DNA of 39,855 nt from an archaeon (GTDB lineage: Archaea; Iainarchaeota; Iainarchaeia; Iainarchaeales; Iainarchaeaceae), in NCBI GenBank assembly GCA_035289485.1, contig DATDXA010000062.1, positions 1 to 39,855 of the forward strand, given 5' to 3'. A program made the position numbers and the translations under genes. The notes under the pieces are model-generated. The model was not told the origin of the DNA, did not search any database, and worked only from the letters and a program-made list of their open reading frames with translations. This document shows, in pieces, positions 35,464 through 39,855 of the stretch (the stretch's first letter is position 1; each line of letters begins with the position of its first letter).

Positions 35464-35506
35464 TAGCAGACCGCTAAAGTTTTTCAGCATTTATGGCGGT
35501 CTGCTA
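35464..35506. terminator. 11-bp perfect inverted repeat (hairpin) upstream of GT2
   Basis: TAGCAGACCGC-N21-GCGGTCTGCTA. Confidence 0.5.
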
Positions 35507-35586
35507 GATAGCAAACCATGAAAATTTACCGAATTATTTTCATTGTTTGCTATAATTCAGGCATTATGCATGGAAAATCCGGTGAA

Positions 35587-36201
35587 TCAGACTTTCTGTA
35601 CCGCGGCATTAACCTTTGAAATTATCTCTTCGGCGTTCCCATAAAGGGCGTTTAGCACGGCAAAAGAAACACCGGAAACGCTTTCATATGTGGACGGGTA
35701 AATCCTTACAACGCCTTTCTCGAGCACAACCTTTGGCGAGGAAAGCTTCTCATCGGGGAGTTCAATGAACACCCTTGCGCTTGTTGAATCTGAAATGAGC
35801 TGGTTGCACTCTTCAGGACCGAGAGTTTTATAGCCCTTCACATCGCCAAGGTTTGTCTGGCACTCCATGATGTCGCCTTTTTCATCAACAACGCGCACAA
35901 CAAGGACATTATTCACCCTATTTCCGGCAAGCACGGCATTGAACAGCGTTATGCTGCGGGTCATGTAGCTGTTTTCAGGGCCCTGTTTCACAAGCTGGGG
36001 CGAGACAATGAATGAGGGATAAGTTTTCATGCCCGCAAGCATGTCCGATGGCTCGCCTTCGTTTGAAACGAACTCCACCCCATCCTTTACAACCTTGTAC
36101 TTGTATTCCTGAAAATCATAGTTGATGAAAATATAGCCGGCAACTGCAACTATCAGCACCGCGGAAATGGCGGTCAGGTAGAAATAATGCCCCTTGCTCA
36201 T
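35587..36201 (-). CDS. Hypothetical membrane-anchored exported protein
   Basis: MSKGHYFYL + single TM then soluble domain with two Cys. Confidence 0.7.
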   Translation of the reverse strand: MSKGHYFYLTAISAVLIVAVAGYIFINYDFQEYKYKVVKDGVEFVSNEGEPSDMLAGMKTYPSFIVSPQLVKQGPENSYMTRSITLFNAVLAGNRVNNVLVVRVVDEKGDIMECQTNLGDVKGYKTLGPEECNQLISDSTSARVFIELPDEKLSSPKVVLEKGVVRIYPSTYESVSGVSFAVLNALYGNAEEIISKVNAAVQKV

Positions 36202-36359
36202 GAAAATGAATTCATGTGATAAAAATAAAAACCGGAAGGAATTCGAAGGCGGCGAGATTGGAAAAAAGGCACCCGCAAAAATAGCGCAAATTGGCTTTGG
36301 AAAAATTCTGACGAGAAGAAAGAGGTTTTGAGTTTCGAGATTTTTAAAAAAAGAAAAAG

Positions 36360-36392
36360 AAGTGAAATGGCCTATTGAAGACCATTTCACTT
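36360..36392 (-). terminator. S-layer gene terminator
   Basis: AAGTGAAATGG-N11-CCATTTCACTT followed on the minus strand by long U-tracts. Confidence 0.7.
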
Positions 36393-36403
36393 TTCGTTAG
36401 TAT

Positions 36404-39400
36404 TTACGCCCATCCGTCTATGTCGTCAATGAGTTCTTTTACTGCCTGCCCTGTCTGTTCTGCCGTGTAGCCGGCGAGGTATATGTTGCCGGTTGCCGCG
36501 TCAGTCTCCGCGATTATCGGAGATGAAGGCGAGGTCAGCCTGTCTGACAGTCCCTGTGCGAGGCTGTTGACAATGTGCCCTCCTATGACGATATTGGTTC
36601 CCGCAGGAGCGTCCGTGTCCACGTAGACTATCGGATTGCCGACAGACGCCTGTGCCATGTAGGTGCTTGGATTCGCAACACATGTCCCTGCAGCAGCTGA
36701 GCCGCTACAAGATCCGCCGTTGACTGCTTCAAGGGTGACTTTGGTGCCACCGCTGGTTGTGCCGGATTCGCTTACCTTTAAGGTCAGCTTTTCTCCGCCC
36801 TCAACACTCCTCGATACTTCTGTACCGTAGACAATGAGGTCTATTTTTTCCGCAGTCTGCGGAGCGCTTACCCTTACGCCGGCATCGCTGTCAAGGAGCC
36901 ATGCTTTGGTTCCCGCATCCGTATACCCAGCCTTTAGATAGTCGCTCTGTGTTCCTGATATCAGGTTCCAATTTGGCGATCCCCTAAATCTTGCATCGTA
37001 GGCGTATCCGGCAAGGTTAGTTGTCCCGCCGAATGGGCCTATTATGCCTCCATCAGAGGTGTCTATGTACACGTTGAAGTCGCCGTTGCTCACTGCATCG
37101 TTCACTATTGACTCTGCAACGAAGTAGGCGTTGCTGCTTGTGTACACTCCCGCAGCGGTTGTTGACGAAGTCGAATTGTAGTCCGACTCTTTAGGCACGA
37201 AGTGTGCATACTGCCATGTAGTGCCGTTCTTTATTATCTGACCTCCAGTCAGGACTCCGGCAGTGGCATTAACAGCGCCTTCACCATTGGCAAAGCCCGC
37301 GTTCATGTCGCCTGCTTCTGTGTATGTGCCGTCGTCAGCTGGCACGTTGGTTCCAAGGAACCAGACTTCGTGGCTGTTCTGTATCTTGTTGCTTGCGCCG
37401 ACACCGAATTTGTCTGCATCGAGCAGCAGGTATAGCTTGTGTGCCCCGGTTGCGTATTTGGCCGCGTAATAGATTGGCCTTGTCGTGTCGGTCGAATTCT
37501 GGACAGGTATGGTCACAGGATTGCTTCCGGCAGCGCCGTCAAATGCGTTTCCGTCGAACGTTGAATCATTCGTCAGAGCCAACAGCCCGTAGGTGTCATC
37601 TGTTGTGTCACCAGACGTGTTGTACAATGGCGTGTTTGTGGACGCAATGTCGGTTGTGTTCGCAATGAACTTCACCACAGTGTCTACCACTACACCCATT
37701 CTGGTTCCGGCTGTAATGTTGTTGTCCGTGATTTTATATGTGACTCCGTCGATTGCGAAGGTATCACCTATATGCAGATTGGCATCAGTTGTGGCCCATC
37801 CAGCAGACCTTGTAGTGGTCACTCCGCTGCCTGCCGTTCCAATTACGCCAATTCCCCCGACAGTAAGTAGGACGTTTACATCCTCAACTGGGGTTGGATC
37901 GGAAATTGTCCACAGCCTTCCATTGACATAGTCCCCTGTGTTTATTGTCAGGTTGTAGTCGTATGTAGTGTCCTTTCCGCCTGTTCCTGTTGCGTACCTC
38001 AAGCTGTAGACAATGTCCTTGCCTTCAAAGCTGAAGGTTGCACCGCTGTTCGTGTCGTTCAATTTCATGTAGAACGGAACGCTTCTTATGACATCGTTGT
38101 CTGCCCTGAATGAGATTCCGCCGTTGGTCGTGCTCAGGATATTTGTTCCTGTTGAGTCAAGGTTATGGACCGTGGTATTGTTCTTTCCGAAGTTTATTAC
38201 AGTCCTCTCTTCCTTGTTCTCAAAGCCTGAGAACTCAACCTTTGCGTAGCCCTTTCCCAATGTGCCGTCAGGCAAGCCCTGGAGGAACTCAGCTTGTGAG
38301 CTGGATTTTCCCGTCAAAGACTGGTCTGTTTTTGTAGGATAGATAGGGCCTAAATCAAATGATCCGCCTGATGGCGAAACCCAGATTTCCGCGCTATTCC
38401 TTACTTCTATGGAGTAGAGCGAATTCGCATCGCCAGAACCTGTAGTCAGGTAGACTGTGTAAGGCTTTGTTCCGCTTGTATCCGTTGAATCGTATGGGTA
38501 TTTCTTGCCATCATACAGTTCGATTGTGTCAGTTCCTTTCGTGACTTCGACATAGCCAACGCCTGTTGTTGAACCAACCGCTACTGTATCAACGAAGAGG
38601 TTGCTCTGCAAAGCCTCGTCGCCATCGCTGTCCTTAAATGAGGTCCTTAGATTGCTTCCTGCAGCGACAGTCTGCGTGTCAATCAGGTTGCCTTCAGCAT
38701 CGTACAGTTCAAAAGTTACCGAGTAACTTCCTGCTGCCGGTCCTGACTGGGTTATCTGAACGACCTTTATGCTGACATCTTCGCCTTCAAATAGATTGTC
38801 CCCAACAAGGCCTTCAATTGTTTCTCCCTCGTTGTAGGATTCCTTTGCCGAAGATTTCACGAGCTTTATGTTCTTTGTGCCCGTAAGGGTTGCCGTGTTC
38901 AGCTCATACTCTTCTCCGAAGAAAAACAACTTTATGTTGTCGTCTGAGCCGTCCGTAAATGAAGTGCTTCCCAGGTCCACACCGGTTGTTGAAGAGCCGA
39001 TTGTGACTTTATAGCTAAAGTCCCCTGAGTCGATTGTTGCCACTAGGTCTTTGTATTCACTGCCTGTACGGAACCTTGCATCAGCGTCCACACCAATAAG
39101 TTCTTTCACTGTCAATGATGTGTTCTGGTTTGACTGGTCTCCGTTATTGACTTTTTCGTTTACTATCTCATCCACTAGATGAGGCAGCTGTGCATCAGTA
39201 AGCGAGTTTGCATCAGAACTGTCCATAGCAGTCAATACTTCTGTATCGCCGCCAGCACTGCCTGAATTGAGGTTTACATTATACCTCTTCGAGCCCGCGC
39301 CGAAGGTTACTGTTCCGCCAACTGTTACATCGATTGTCAGGTCAGATACGTCAAGTTCTGCGCTTCCCGCACCTGCATCGCCTGAAACAGCGACTGTCTG

Positions 39401-39628
39401 TGTGGTTGCGGCCTTTTCAGCTATTTTTGCCGCGAGGTTACCCGCCCAAATGGCGTCTGAAACCTGTGCCTCTGAGCCAACTACTATGTTGACATTGGGC
39501 GAACCGTTGCTACTGTATATATCATCTTTTGTGATGCTGGTTGCTGAAACCAAAGGTAGCGCTGCTGTTCCTAGCAAAGCCGCTCCTGTGGCTATCGCAG
39601 CCAACTTCTTTACGTTGAATCCTTTCAT
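36404..39628 (-). CDS. S-layer protein (1074 aa)
   Basis: Signal peptide MKGFNVKKLAAIATGAALLG, IVVGSEAQVSD, C-terminal IVIGGHIVNSL...LAGYTAEQT (archaeal S-layer N/C motifs), T/G/D/S-rich, several N-x-S/T sites. Confidence 0.88.
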   Translation of the reverse strand: MKGFNVKKLAAIATGAALLGTAALPLVSATSITKDDIYSSNGSPNVNIVVGSEAQVSDAIWAGNLAAKIAEKAATTQTVAVSGDAGAGSAELDVSDLTIDVTVGGTVTFGAGSKRYNVNLNSGSAGGDTEVLTAMDSSDANSLTDAQLPHLVDEIVNEKVNNGDQSNQNTSLTVKELIGVDADARFRTGSEYKDLVATIDSGDFSYKVTIGSSTTGVDLGSTSFTDGSDDNIKLFFFGEEYELNTATLTGTKNIKLVKSSAKESYNEGETIEGLVGDNLFEGEDVSIKVVQITQSGPAAGSYSVTFELYDAEGNLIDTQTVAAGSNLRTSFKDSDGDEALQSNLFVDTVAVGSTTGVGYVEVTKGTDTIELYDGKKYPYDSTDTSGTKPYTVYLTTGSGDANSLYSIEVRNSAEIWVSPSGGSFDLGPIYPTKTDQSLTGKSSSQAEFLQGLPDGTLGKGYAKVEFSGFENKEERTVINFGKNNTTVHNLDSTGTNILSTTNGGISFRADNDVIRSVPFYMKLNDTNSGATFSFEGKDIVYSLRYATGTGGKDTTYDYNLTINTGDYVNGRLWTISDPTPVEDVNVLLTVGGIGVIGTAGSGVTTTRSAGWATTDANLHIGDTFAIDGVTYKITDNNITAGTRMGVVVDTVVKFIANTTDIASTNTPLYNTSGDTTDDTYGLLALTNDSTFDGNAFDGAAGSNPVTIPVQNSTDTTRPIYYAAKYATGAHKLYLLLDADKFGVGASNKIQNSHEVWFLGTNVPADDGTYTEAGDMNAGFANGEGAVNATAGVLTGGQIIKNGTTWQYAHFVPKESDYNSTSSTTAAGVYTSSNAYFVAESIVNDAVSNGDFNVYIDTSDGGIIGPFGGTTNLAGYAYDARFRGSPNWNLISGTQSDYLKAGYTDAGTKAWLLDSDAGVRVSAPQTAEKIDLIVYGTEVSRSVEGGEKLTLKVSESGTTSGGTKVTLEAVNGGSCSGSAAAGTCVANPSTYMAQASVGNPIVYVDTDAPAGTNIVIGGHIVNSLAQGLSDRLTSPSSPIIAETDAATGNIYLAGYTAEQTGQAVKELIDDIDGWA

Positions 39629-39790
39629 GTTTGCTTCACCTCACAAATCTCATCAAAAGGTCTGTCTACTCTTGGGCGACCTTGTCCCTTTCGGGACGAG
39701 GCCTCGTTCCTCACGGAACAAGGTGCTGGAAGCATAGCCCTTTTGTAGGCTCTTATATTGAATTCCTCACTTTATTTAAATACGTTTCGG
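39629..39790 (-). promoter_or_regulatory. S-layer promoter (BRE-TATA) and structured ~120-nt 5' leader
   Basis: CCGAAA-CGTA-TTTAAATA at ~39790-39773; two GNRA-capped hairpins at 39680-39723; SD GAGGTGA at 39636-39642. Confidence 0.7.
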
Positions 39791-39855
39791 TTTAGGAAAC
39801 CGATTAGGGGTTTTTTTGGCAAAAAGAGCCCAAAATTTAAGGCTTTAAGGGAAGT

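Overview
Archaeal chromosomal segment. It carries aIF-2beta, aIF-1A, RIO1, topoisomerase VI, uL16/L10e, Dph2, aRF1, an archaeal-type S-layer protein and TATA/BRE promoters with many apparently leaderless starts. The gene complement and style suggest a DPANN lineage, possibly Iainarchaeota/Diapherotrites; this is inference only. 1-14.3 kb is mostly core: the aIF2b-DUF424-aIF1A-rio1-KH-top6B-top6A cluster with a 539-aa LAGLIDADG intein in Top6A, a tandem Lrp regulator, ADP-forming acyl-CoA synthetase alpha, and a DHFR-like/HAD/HAD/Mre11 operon. A tRNA-Cys(GCA) at 14440-14510 anchors an accessory region. First come small integrase-less gene cassettes (Fic + LMW-PTP, then DUF4256) separated by relic copies of the tRNA 3' end. 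Next is a ~5 kb island of small, strongly Shine-Dalgarno-led genes resembling bacterial general-stress/sporulation families: AI-2E/YtvI, double PRC-barrel, lmo0937-like, DUF883/YqjD-like with 11-mer repeats, YqjE-like, BofA and a cupredoxin. The island also holds a protamine-like micro-ORF and a basic protein with an HMG-box/YABBY-like motif. 26-39.9 kb returns to core translation genes, a processive GT2 synthase with a CxxC partner, and a 1074-aa S-layer gene with a highly structured 5' leader. No CRISPR array, rRNA, integrase or transposase was seen. All family calls come from motif recognition, not database searches.
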